Virus record (IMG/VR): IMGVR_UViG_3300013105_000023 | Length of the DNA stretch: 20,000 bases | Strand: one strand, 5' to 3' | Source: an uncultured virus (IMG/VR IMGVR_UViG_3300013105_000023) | Lineage: Duplodnaviria; Heunggongvirae; Uroviricota; Caudoviricetes | Part shown: positions 8,220 to 16,233 of the stretch, piece after piece | How the letters are laid out: each line of letters starts with the position of its first letter | Position numbering within the stretch: the stretch's first letter is position 1 | Made by a program: the position numbers and the translations under genes | The notes under the pieces: generated by a model | Seen by the model: only the letters and a program-made list of their open reading frames with translations | What the model was told of the DNA's origin: nothing | Database searches by the model: none

Positions 8220-10387
8220 CCGACTACATCTCATCAGCCGATTTAAACGGCATCGGTGAGCGTGCTGCGGTGAAAGGGCAGATGGCCTATTACTATGGGC
8301 TGTCTGACTTTTGGTTGCAAATCTTTGCCGACCAGGACCTCGTGGATTCGCTCCTCGAGGTTTCAACCCAGCAGCTCGGCGACGTGTACGGCCAGTTCCT
8401 GCAACGTGCGGGGAATATCTCCCTGTCCACGATCCAGGAGTCGTACAACTCCCAGCTGAAGCTGTTCCTGTTCTCTCCGGGCGACGCCGTCGACGGTCTG
8501 ACTGGCTCGGTCTTCAAGTTGCCAGAGCGTGTGACGAACATCTCGTTCATCATGAACCGCCCAATGCTGCCGTCAATCAGCCTGTCGAAAGGCGTGCACT
8601 TTGAGATCAACGAAGACTTCACCGAGATCTCTTTCTACAAGCCGCTGGCCGAAATGGGCTTCCCACAGCGTGTGACCGAAGCCGGTGTCACCCAGTTTGC
8701 CCTGTGGGCATCGAACGTGTGCGTTGACGAGAACATCATTTACTCCCAGTTTGGACGTGCCGTGGGCATGACGCCAGACCGGGCAATCGGGAACTACAAG
8801 GACTTCGTGAACGGGCTCTACTTCCTGTATTCACACGGTCCCGTGATCAACTACATGCAAGCCGGTGTTAACCTGGCGCTCGGTATTCCCACCGTTCGTG
8901 CCAACGAAAAGGTCATGAGCGTGCTGCAGAACCCGATCAACGGCCACTGGGAAATCCTGACCGCCACCAACTTCTACGATATCCCGTACGGATTCCAACC
9001 GGACGTGGCGGAAGGTGATGCTCTGGTTGAAGGCACACAGCTGGTGAACTGGGTCGACATCAAGGACTACCAGAAGTCCGGCGAGTGGTGGTACAACACG
9101 TTCATCCCTGCCGAGCTGACCGGTGGTGTGCAGTATCCTCCTGTGCAGCCGAACACCGATATGGCGTACATTATGCGTCAATACTTGCGTTATAACACGT
9201 TCATGGTACTCTTCCAGCAGACCGGCGTGGACATGCAAGGCTATTACACCGTATCGGATGTCATTTGGCGTGCCCGCCCGAGTCACACTTTCCCTGTGTT
9301 TGTCTGGAGAGCGCCAATGGGTGATGAGATTGTGATGATCACCGATGACGACTTCGAGATGAACCAACGTGTTGATATTGAGGATAACATCTATGACACA
9401 GCTATTATCGACTTCGTCCGCGGAGACAAGAGCACATACTTTGACCGTGGAACCAACTTTTACAACCGCTTCCAAATCCCTGTTTACCATCAAGGAATGC
9501 TCGGAGATGCTCCAAAGCTGGGAGAATTCCGAGGCCGCAATGCAGATGGCACAGCACTCTCTGGAATTGGCGGCTGGGTTGATGAAGCGGGAGAAGCCGT
9601 CGATTCCGACATTCAGCGTATCGACCCCGTCCTCTCGAGCCGAGGATCTATGGCGGTCGTTCGCGGCCGTTCGACCGGTCTCCGCGGTAAGAGGGGTAGT
9701 GATACCACCGGATCAACCGGGCTTCTTCGCACTTATGTGAATGCTGAAGGGCAGACGTTAGACCTGGACACGCGGAACATTGTCCCGCTGTACCTCTGCC
9801 ACAAGGACGAGCTGGTGGCCAAACTGGCTAAAATCAACTTACAGTCCTCGGTCGCTTTGGTTAAGCAAGACGCCCTTCCGTTCTGGGCAGGCCCGGTTGC
9901 TTTACAAGACGTGTACGACGATATTATCGTCCGCAAGTCGGGCACCGTGGCAAAAGATTATGATGCTACGCTTGAGAAAGTGTTCACGTTCGACTACACC
10001 GACGAGTACGTGCCACCAATTCTGTCGAAGCACGCGGGCCAGATGTACGTACCGCGTAAGGAAGACCTGCCGGCAACCGGTAAGCTCTTCTTCGCGGAGA
10101 TCTTCCAGGATAACTGGTCGGTCTCACTGGTAATCGAGCAAGTTGACATCCTGCCGACGTACTTCCCGGTGAACGACGGGGATCCGATTGAAATGACACT
10201 GTCATTCATTCAGAAAGACGGGACGTCACCTATCACTCGCGGCACGTACCTCGCCAACGCGGCGTTGACCGACGCTCGAGCGGTACAGGATGGGCATTAT
10301 CAGGACGGACGTGGCGGGGCGAACTTGAAGTTTGACCGCAGTGGCAATTTCGGTGGTGACCTCAAGGCCATCATCCGCAGAGACTAA
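8216..10387 (+). CDS. Large baseplate wedge protein (gp7/gpI-like position), 723 aa
   Basis: ATGA overlap with the J-like gene. LYFLYSHGP..NYMQAGVNLALG and RARPSHT resemble gpI-type wedge motifs. Call is mainly from synteny. Confidence 0.6.
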   Translation: MTDYISSADLNGIGERAAVKGQMAYYYGLSDFWLQIFADQDLVDSLLEVSTQQLGDVYGQFLQRAGNISLSTIQESYNSQLKLFLFSPGDAVDGLTGSVFKLPERVTNISFIMNRPMLPSISLSKGVHFEINEDFTEISFYKPLAEMGFPQRVTEAGVTQFALWASNVCVDENIIYSQFGRAVGMTPDRAIGNYKDFVNGLYFLYSHGPVINYMQAGVNLALGIPTVRANEKVMSVLQNPINGHWEILTATNFYDIPYGFQPDVAEGDALVEGTQLVNWVDIKDYQKSGEWWYNTFIPAELTGGVQYPPVQPNTDMAYIMRQYLRYNTFMVLFQQTGVDMQGYYTVSDVIWRARPSHTFPVFVWRAPMGDEIVMITDDDFEMNQRVDIEDNIYDTAIIDFVRGDKSTYFDRGTNFYNRFQIPVYHQGMLGDAPKLGEFRGRNADGTALSGIGGWVDEAGEAVDSDIQRIDPVLSSRGSMAVVRGRSTGLRGKRGSDTTGSTGLLRTYVNAEGQTLDLDTRNIVPLYLCHKDELVAKLAKINLQSSVALVKQDALPFWAGPVALQDVYDDIIVRKSGTVAKDYDATLEKVFTFDYTDEYVPPILSKHAGQMYVPRKEDLPATGKLFFAEIFQDNWSVSLVIEQVDILPTYFPVNDGDPIEMTLSFIQKDGTSPITRGTYLANAALTDARAVQDGHYQDGRGGANLKFDRSGNFGGDLKAIIRRD

Positions 10388-10396
10388 GGAGAAATC

Positions 10397-10891
10397 ATGA
10401 AACTGAATGAAGCCAGCGATGTGCTGGAAGGCTTCCTGATCGTCGATCGGGTATGGTTAGACGGAACGCGTGAACGTCTGGTTGAGGACAAAAACCTCAT
10501 CGTCCGTGCAGCGAAGCGTGAGCACTTAAGCTTCCTGTACGATGCCAACGCGAAGGTAAACCGAATTGACTCGTTCAAGATCGGTAACGGCGGGACCTAC
10601 GACACGCTTGGCCGCAAGCCAAAACGTCCGGACCCAACACTGAACGACCTGTACAACCCGATCATCACGTACAACCGTAACCTGAGCATCACCCCGTCTG
10701 CCCTGACGGATCCTCAGGATTACATCACGGTTGACTTCGTGCTCGGGCCGGCAGAAGCGAACGGTGAGAACATCTCGGAAGTGGGCCTGTTCAAGGAATC
10801 CGGCGACATGTTCAACATCAAGACGTTCCGTTCGGTGCCGAAGGTTGATTCCTTCTCGCTGCAGTTCTGGTGGAGAATCCTGTATGCCTAA
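10397..10891 (+). CDS. Baseplate/tail-fibre attachment protein (tail-collar-fibre N-terminal-like fold)
   Basis: NLIV...FKIGNGG...EANGENISEVGLF...DMF..KTF..VPK......WWRI pattern, typical of this small myophage family. AAGGAG SD. Confidence 0.65.
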   Translation: MKLNEASDVLEGFLIVDRVWLDGTRERLVEDKNLIVRAAKREHLSFLYDANAKVNRIDSFKIGNGGTYDTLGRKPKRPDPTLNDLYNPIITYNRNLSITPSALTDPQDYITVDFVLGPAEANGENISEVGLFKESGDMFNIKTFRSVPKVDSFSLQFWWRILYA

Positions 10892-11246
10892 TACGCTCGT
10901 TATCACGTCACGGTTCAAAGACGGGAAGTACGAGGTACTGGGTAAGGTGAAGGAGGGGAGCGATGTCTCCCCGGAAATCTTCATCTACGAGAAGAAAGAT
11001 GACGGTTCTCTCGGCGATTACGTCGGGATTACCGCCCTCAAGGAGCTCGCCAAGATCCCTCGCTACAACCCAGACAAGAAGTCGAATTTTGGTAGTCGTT
11101 ACTGCCGGTACACGGAAGGCCTGGTCAAATTGGATACCGCCCAGGATCAAACGAATGCAGTGAACCACATGAAGGCCACCTTCAAGTTGCTCATCGATGC
11201 GTTCAAGGCGGGGTCCGCCGAAGAGGTAGAGGAATATGCCCTTTGA
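10884..11246 (+). CDS. Hypothetical protein, 120 aa
   Basis: ATG 10884 with GGAG SD (10872-10875) overlaps the previous stop (ATGCCTAA). The ORF-track extension from 10731 overlaps a real gene and is not credible. Confidence 0.75.
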   Translation: MPNTLVITSRFKDGKYEVLGKVKEGSDVSPEIFIYEKKDDGSLGDYVGITALKELAKIPRYNPDKKSNFGSRYCRYTEGLVKLDTAQDQTNAVNHMKATFKLLIDAFKAGSAEEVEEYAL

Positions 11247-11739
11247 TTGGAAGTCACTCGTCATTCGAGTAGCGCCTACGTTAGGAATGGTCCTTCAGGG
11301 GCCACTTTCCAACATGGCAATCAGCTTTTTAGCTTCAAAGTTTTTCCCGGAACCACCGGCCGACGTGGATGCAGCCCTGAGTGACCTTCTCGGGGCTCAA
11401 GCTCCCGAAACGGTGGCTCAGCTGATCGCACTCGACGTTGAATTCCGTCAGACGCTTAACCAGTTGAATCTCAAGGACGAGTACTTTCAGGACGTTGCAA
11501 ACGCCCGCGAAAGGGAGATGACACTCCGAGACCGCACACCCGCTACCCTGGCGGCGGCGGTTACCGGCGGTCTCTTTGCTATCATCTTCATGCTGATCTT
11601 CGTGCCAATCCCGGCCGACAGTATGAACATCGTCAACATCATGCTCGGATCATTGAGCACGGCGTGGATGAACGTGATCGGATACTACTTCGGATCCACC
11701 AAGGTGGCATCCGTGGTAGCAAGCAGATCTAAAAAATAA
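11236..11739 (+). CDS. Holin-like membrane protein (GTA 3TM-holin-like)
   Basis: WKSLV..VAPTLG..L.GPL N-terminus, DVANAREREM, two C-terminal hydrophobic helices ending YYFGS. GAGG SD. Confidence 0.6.
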   Translation: MPFDWKSLVIRVAPTLGMVLQGPLSNMAISFLASKFFPEPPADVDAALSDLLGAQAPETVAQLIALDVEFRQTLNQLNLKDEYFQDVANAREREMTLRDRTPATLAAAVTGGLFAIIFMLIFVPIPADSMNIVNIMLGSLSTAWMNVIGYYFGSTKVASVVASRSKK

Positions 11740-12248
11740 GATCCTGGGAGGCGGCGCTCTGCTTCCTTCCAGATTTTCGAATCGTATAACCCTACCGATC
11801 GCCCGTCGGGCCCCAGCAACCAGCACAAATCCACCGGACTAAACGTCGTCGCCAGAACTGCTTCATAGATCGCCAGCAGGAATACCGACACTTGATACAT
11901 GCTCATGGTGCCTTCTTTGAACTCTCCGGTGAGCTTCGCCGGTGCTATCGACAGCACAACGACATCATCTTCCTGCGTGACGTAGAAAGGACGGCAGCCA
12001 TCGAGCTGGACTTCAGCGGTGAGGAGGAACTGGTCGTTGGAAGTGAGGGTTTTGGCGTCAAGGATATCGAGTTTGTCTTGAATCATGGCTAAAAAATGGG
12101 GGTAGGCATCGCCGCGGTCCGGTGTGTCGGACAGCTCAAAGATGATCGGTTGGGAGCCACGCCAATACAGATCAATGCCGTCGGATGGGTATGTGTTGCT
12201 TTGGAACAGTTTGACGCCCTCCAGGGGCGTCTGATTCATAATATTCAT
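11685..12248 (-). CDS. Hypothetical protein, 187 aa
   Basis: Start 12248 gives an ATGA overlap with the kinase stop (12245-12247). 3' end overlaps the holin-like gene convergently by 55 nt. Confidence 0.7.
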   Translation of the reverse strand: MNIMNQTPLEGVKLFQSNTYPSDGIDLYWRGSQPIIFELSDTPDRGDAYPHFLAMIQDKLDILDAKTLTSNDQFLLTAEVQLDGCRPFYVTQEDDVVVLSIAPAKLTGEFKEGTMSMYQVSVFLLAIYEAVLATTFSPVDLCWLLGPDGRSVGLYDSKIWKEAERRLPGSYFLDLLATTDATLVDPK

Positions 12249-12835
12249 TTCAGTCTCGGGAGGATGCGTGCATCCGCCCAGGCACAAACCCTGTCACGCA
12301 AATCTTCCAGCGTCCCGGAGTTAAAGATGACGGCGTCAAACTTCTCGTCGGGTTGCGGTTTCTCGCTAATGTGGGCTGGCGCCTGAGCGTCAACGTTCGG
12401 GTTAAAGACCTTCATCGTCGTGGAACCCCACCCTACTGTAGAAGGGAATTCGCCGACGAGAATGATCTCATTGTCGAACCGCATGTCAGGGATCGCGATG
12501 ACGTCAGCCTCTGATTTCGCTGCAGCTCTGGTAAAGAAGTCGGTCCAGATCTCGGGGTAAAAAACATCCCGGAAGGATTCGGTACCGATCTTCTGTTGAA
12601 TTTCACGAGAGGTCAGGCCACGGGCCGTCGGAATCACACGCTTCTTGCCGGCGGAGGTGTTCACGTCCTCGTCCGTCATGTCAAAGACGTAGCGGGCCAT
12701 ATCTTTGATGGGTTTGGCGAACGGGATGATGTCACAGGTGACGCCACGCATGGAGAGATACGCTTTGAGCATCGCAGCGCTGGTGTCTTTACCGTGTTGG
12801 GCTAAGCCGTTAATTCCGACGATTAGTTTAGGCAT
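12245..12835 (-). CDS. Deoxynucleoside monophosphate kinase (T4 gp1/T5 dnk-like)
   Basis: P-loop IVGINGLAQHGKDT, FAKPIK, TSREIQQKIGTESFR, IPDMRFDNE, HISE, NSGTLEDL. GAGGA SD before ATG 12835. Confidence 0.92.
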   Translation of the reverse strand: MPKLIVGINGLAQHGKDTSAAMLKAYLSMRGVTCDIIPFAKPIKDMARYVFDMTDEDVNTSAGKKRVIPTARGLTSREIQQKIGTESFRDVFYPEIWTDFFTRAAAKSEADVIAIPDMRFDNEIILVGEFPSTVGWGSTTMKVFNPNVDAQAPAHISEKPQPDEKFDAVIFNSGTLEDLRDRVCAWADARILPRLK

Positions 12836-12856
12836 TTCTGGGTCCTCTTTGGGATG

Positions 12857-12886
12857 ATTATACGGGATAAAAACAGGAGAGGTCAA
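12857..12886 (-). promoter_or_regulatory. Host sigma70-type promoter for the dNMP kinase gene
   Basis: Minus strand reads TTGACC (12886-12881), 18-nt spacer, TATAAT (12862-12857), upstream of the SD and ATG 12835. Confidence 0.7.
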
Positions 12887-12896
12887 TCTCCTGTTT
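12867..12896 (-). terminator. Intrinsic terminator-like hairpin
   Basis: Perfect inverted repeat AAACAGGAGA-ttgacc-TCTCCTGTTT (12871-12896) running into TTTTTAT on the minus strand, just after the 12909 stop. Confidence 0.65.
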
Positions 12897-12908
12897 CTTC
12901 CCAGCATG

Positions 12909-13268
12909 TTAGCCGATCTTGATTTTGAACGGGCTATCTTGTTGAGTTTGTGACGATTTCGGTTCGAGCATATTTTTCAATTCTTCCTGCTCTTTTTCCG
13001 ACAAGGGAATACCGGTGGAAGAACGGGCCAACTCATTGCCAACGTCCACCAAGGAGACGCTCGTGTCCAGACCGAAGCTTTCCACTTCGGACGATACAGA
13101 GAGTTCCTCAAGGACTTGATCAATGTCCCGGCGCTTACAGCGTAGACGCAGGTCGCTGGCCAGTTTCGGATGCTTCAGGATGTACTCCTGGATGGCCTCT
13201 TCGCCCCATCCCCGTATGCGACTACCTTCGGTAATCGACAACTCCAGTGTTACTTTTGACTTAATCAT
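12909..13268 (-). CDS. Hypothetical protein, 119 aa
   Basis: ATGA overlap with the upstream gene. Followed by the terminator hairpin. Confidence 0.7.
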   Translation of the reverse strand: MIKSKVTLELSITEGSRIRGWGEEAIQEYILKHPKLASDLRLRCKRRDIDQVLEELSVSSEVESFGLDTSVSLVDVGNELARSSTGIPLSEKEQEELKNMLEPKSSQTQQDSPFKIKIG

Positions 13269-13834
13269 TCAGGATCTTCCGATAATAGCACGGACGAGAT
13301 ATCAACGTTACTGAATTCTCTGTCGATACCGCCGAGGGTTGAAGAACGGAACGGACTGGAAGACTTCAGCGGGCCGGCATTGCCAGACCGTGACTCATTC
13401 CTGTCGCTTGTTGTCTCACCGGGGCGAACATAACCGGGGTAAGACGATGACGAACGTCTGGGTTCAAGAATGTCGCTACTACGGGTTTCAGAGGTTTTAT
13501 CCTGCTGACGCTCTTTGTGCAACTTCATGATGTACGCGTCTTCGGCATCCTTCATTGACTCGCTGATCTGGATGAGCAGAACGGGAGAGAACGAGTTTTT
13601 CACTGCCGACTCTTCCTCTTCGGAAGGCTTACGGCGAGCAGATGGGAAGAGTGACCAGACCAGCCCAGAGACCAGAGATGCTAAGAGGGTGAACTTTGCG
13701 ATCTTATACATGTCGCGATCGAGCTTGAGATCCTCGAGCACTTTATAAGATGCCAATCCGACGATAGGTGCTGTCCCGATCGCCGCTAAACAACCATTTT
13801 GGAAGCGGTTGTGCAATGCCTGCTTGTTAAACAT
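13265..13834 (-). CDS. Hypothetical membrane protein, 189 aa
   Basis: Two N-terminal hydrophobic segments (CLAAIGTAPIVGLASY; IAKFTLLASLVSGLVWSLF) and a Ser/Arg/Glu-rich C-terminal tail. AAGGGG SD. Confidence 0.7.
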   Translation of the reverse strand: MFNKQALHNRFQNGCLAAIGTAPIVGLASYKVLEDLKLDRDMYKIAKFTLLASLVSGLVWSLFPSARRKPSEEEESAVKNSFSPVLLIQISESMKDAEDAYIMKLHKERQQDKTSETRSSDILEPRRSSSSYPGYVRPGETTSDRNESRSGNAGPLKSSSPFRSSTLGGIDREFSNVDISSVLLSEDPE

Positions 13835-13857
13835 AAGTGCCCCTTTATCTCTACTCT

Positions 13858-13868
13858 TTACTTATACC
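13858..13868 (-). promoter_or_regulatory. Candidate phage promoter motif GGTATAAGTAA
   Basis: Intergenic, 23 nt before ATG 13834. Near-identical copy at 19753-19763 with the same spacing. Confidence 0.55.
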
Positions 13869-13897
13869 AGTAAATTGCCCGTCCCTGGGCTGGTTAA

Positions 13898-15100
13898 TCA
13901 CAGTGAAAGATCGCCGAGTTCGGACAATCCATCCATCTTGAGGTCCGCCGTCAGGTAACTGGAGATCTCCGTTTCCTGCGGGGCCACTTGCACGTTTTCC
14001 GAGTTGGTGTAGGTCACCATCCACGGCATTGGGTTCTTCTTACGGCCGTATGCTGGCAGGATATGCAACTGATCCAGCAAGACGTCTGCCAGGTACTCGA
14101 TGTACGCAGAGATCGTCTCCAGGTTGATTCCCGGCATGCTTCCGTCTTTGAACAGATAGCGGGCCCAGCGAATTTCCTGCTCAACAACCGACTTCACCAG
14201 TGGCGTGATGCGAGCCTGTTGCACCCGGGCAATCTTAGCCCACTCCTGTCCTTCTGCACCGCTGGCAAGCTTGTTCAGCATCCACGTGGTCGACGTCTTG
14301 TGCAGACTCTCGTCGCGGCAGATGAACTTGATTACCTTGGCGTTACCTTCCATCAGCTCACGCTCATTGAACGAGAACGAACAGGCGAAGGATACGTAGA
14401 AACGCAGGGCTTCCAGCGTATTGATGTCGGCCAGCATGTAATACGCGTCGTTCATCAACTGTGGCATGTTGATGTCGAACGTCTGCAGATGTTTGTGCTG
14501 AGGGCGGGCAGCCATCGGGTTCGCCAGAATCTCACGCATCGCGTTCGGATCAGCCTGGTTCACGATAAAGCGACCTTCACCGAACAGGGACCACATGTCC
14601 ACGTTACGGATGAAACGGTCATAGTTACCGGTCAGGTTCAGTGTACGCTCGGCGATCTCGGGGTTAATCACGATGTCATCGAAGATTACGCCAGGGTCCA
14701 CGTACAGGTTACGAATGATGTGCGTGTACGAGCGGGAGTGAATCGTCTCAGAGAATGCCCACGTCTGGAACCAGTTCTCCAGCTCCGGCAGGGTGATGAC
14801 TTTGCCGAACGCCGCTTCGAGACCCCGCGACTGGACGGAATCCAGCAGCGTTTGATACTTCAGGTTGCTGGTGAACAGGTGTTTCTCGTGAGCCGACAGC
14901 TTTTCGTTGAAATCGATACGGTCTTTCGACAGGTCGATCTCTTCCGGACGCCAAAAGAAGCCCAGCTGTTTCTGCGTGAAGCTTTCATCAATGTGCTCGT
15001 ACTTCAGGCGGTCAAAGCGGGCAACGTTCAGGCCTTCACCGAAGAACATCGGCTGCAGGGTGTTATCAACCTGGTTAGGGTTGAAGGTAGAATAACTCAT
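13898..15100 (-). CDS. nrdB: Ribonucleotide reductase class Ia beta subunit
   Basis: FFWRPEEIDL, YQTLLDSVQ, FSETIHSRSY (radical Tyr), LEALRFYVSF, RDESLH, VAPQETEISSY. Start 15100 has a GGAGG SD and ATGA overlap with the MazG-like gene. Confidence 0.97.
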   Translation of the reverse strand: MSYSTFNPNQVDNTLQPMFFGEGLNVARFDRLKYEHIDESFTQKQLGFFWRPEEIDLSKDRIDFNEKLSAHEKHLFTSNLKYQTLLDSVQSRGLEAAFGKVITLPELENWFQTWAFSETIHSRSYTHIIRNLYVDPGVIFDDIVINPEIAERTLNLTGNYDRFIRNVDMWSLFGEGRFIVNQADPNAMREILANPMAARPQHKHLQTFDINMPQLMNDAYYMLADINTLEALRFYVSFACSFSFNERELMEGNAKVIKFICRDESLHKTSTTWMLNKLASGAEGQEWAKIARVQQARITPLVKSVVEQEIRWARYLFKDGSMPGINLETISAYIEYLADVLLDQLHILPAYGRKKNPMPWMVTYTNSENVQVAPQETEISSYLTADLKMDGLSELGDLSL

Positions 15101-15603
15101 GCTAAATCCGCCTCCTTCACAAAGACGCCATCGATCATTTTGCCTTTGCGGTCTTTGATTTCGTTCCACGCCATGTCAACGCACTCTTCCAGCGTTGCCC
15201 GCTGTTCTTCCGCTGCACGACGAAGCAAGTAGACGATCTCGTTGATTGAGAACTCGATATCAGAAACCAAGCCGCCTTTATCGACCAGCACCACTAAGTG
15301 GCCCAGTTCCGCATACAGTGAGAGACGCACGGTGGAACACATGGTGTCGCTACCGGTGTAGGTTTCAGCTTTTGCGGTACGGAATTCAACGCCTTTCTGG
15401 GCGGCCAGGATAACCATGACCACGAAGGTATCACCAATACCGTCTTTGGCCAGGTCCAGCTTACCACGGGCGGCGCCACCGGCGTGCTCACCATTCTCTT
15501 CAAACAGCTTATCGAACTGTTTCGTCGGGGTAGAGCCTTCAATCAAATTACGGTCTGCAGCCCAGCCGCGGATAAGTGTTGCGTATTCGTTCAGGGTTTT
15601 CAT
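15097..15603 (-). CDS. MazG-like nucleoside triphosphate pyrophosphohydrolase
   Basis: WAADRNL...QFDKLFEENGE...KDGIGDTFVV...LEECVDMAWNEIKDRKGKMIDGVFVKE, characteristic of phage MazG-like proteins. Confidence 0.88.
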   Translation of the reverse strand: MKTLNEYATLIRGWAADRNLIEGSTPTKQFDKLFEENGEHAGGAARGKLDLAKDGIGDTFVVMVILAAQKGVEFRTAKAETYTGSDTMCSTVRLSLYAELGHLVVLVDKGGLVSDIEFSINEIVYLLRRAAEEQRATLEECVDMAWNEIKDRKGKMIDGVFVKEADLA

Positions 15604-15606
15604 CGA

Positions 15607-16233
15607 TTATTTCCAGTTCAGAAGGTTATCGGGAACTAACGGAGCTTTCTTAGATTTGGCACGCTTGGCATTCAGCTTCTCGTAGCTACGAGTCTCTTGC
15701 TCCAGCGTGAACAGGCCCAGCTGATAGGACAGCAGGAACTTCAGGGTAATGGCGGACAGGGCGGACAGGTGGCTCTTGCCCATTTCATCCAGCGGTTCTT
15801 CACTTGCCAGCGGGTGCGTGTCACGCGTTTGGATGGTCATCTTGGTGATGTCACCCACGTTGCCGAACTGGAAGTGCTTGTCGTACGCCCACATGTCGTT
15901 CTTGTGGTTGTTGTTGGAGAACGGGAAGCACGTGATCTGCGGGACTTCATCCATCGGAACAATCAGGATAGAAATCACGAAGCGACCGTCGTTGTCATTC
16001 ATACCGTCGAACTGCAAGGTGACCGGACCGAGCTCTCGCATCTTGTCCATGTTCAGGGTGCCGCTGGTGGCAGTGTACGCCAGCAGTCGGTCTTTGTCGG
16101 TTTCCGACAGCACCACGGCACGGGATTTGGCCACAGTGTTAAGAACCAGGCCGACACGGGTAACGTGGGCAGTGTTCATGTAAGGGAGCGTTGTTGCATC
16201 ATCCATCAGATCGTGGATTTTATTAAACGGCAT
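15607..16233 (-). CDS. Hypothetical protein, 208 aa
   Basis: GAGGA SD. Codon usage like nrdAB. Basic C-terminal motif KLNAKRAKSKKAPL. Confidence 0.8.
   Translation of the reverse strand: MPFNKIHDLMDDATTLPYMNTAHVTRVGLVLNTVAKSRAVVLSETDKDRLLAYTATSGTLNMDKMRELGPVTLQFDGMNDNDGRFVISILIVPMDEVPQITCFPFSNNNHKNDMWAYDKHFQFGNVGDITKMTIQTRDTHPLASEEPLDEMGKSHLSALSAITLKFLLSYQLGLFTLEQETRSYEKLNAKRAKSKKAPLVPDNLLNWK

Noticed and set aside
1..11739. Interpretation as a bacterial T6SS, eCIS or tailocin locus
   Set aside because: Directly linked to phage-type dNMP kinase, MazG-like, HD and nrdAB genes with dense phage-style overlaps; a phage genome is the simpler reading.
12836..12907. N-terminal extension of the dNMP kinase in the ORF track
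   Set aside because: It spans the terminator, promoter and SD; the P-loop begins right after Met at 12835.
13877..13890. GCCC-6nt-GGGC hairpin after nrdB as a terminator
   Set aside because: Only a 4-bp stem and a poor U-tract.
15101..15169. N-terminal extension of NrdB
   Set aside because: Lies inside the MazG-like gene; MSYSTF at 15100 matches the usual NrdB N-terminus.
13988..15232. 414-aa + strand ORF antisense to nrdB
   Set aside because: Shadow ORF produced by the strong codon bias of nrdB; no protein motifs.
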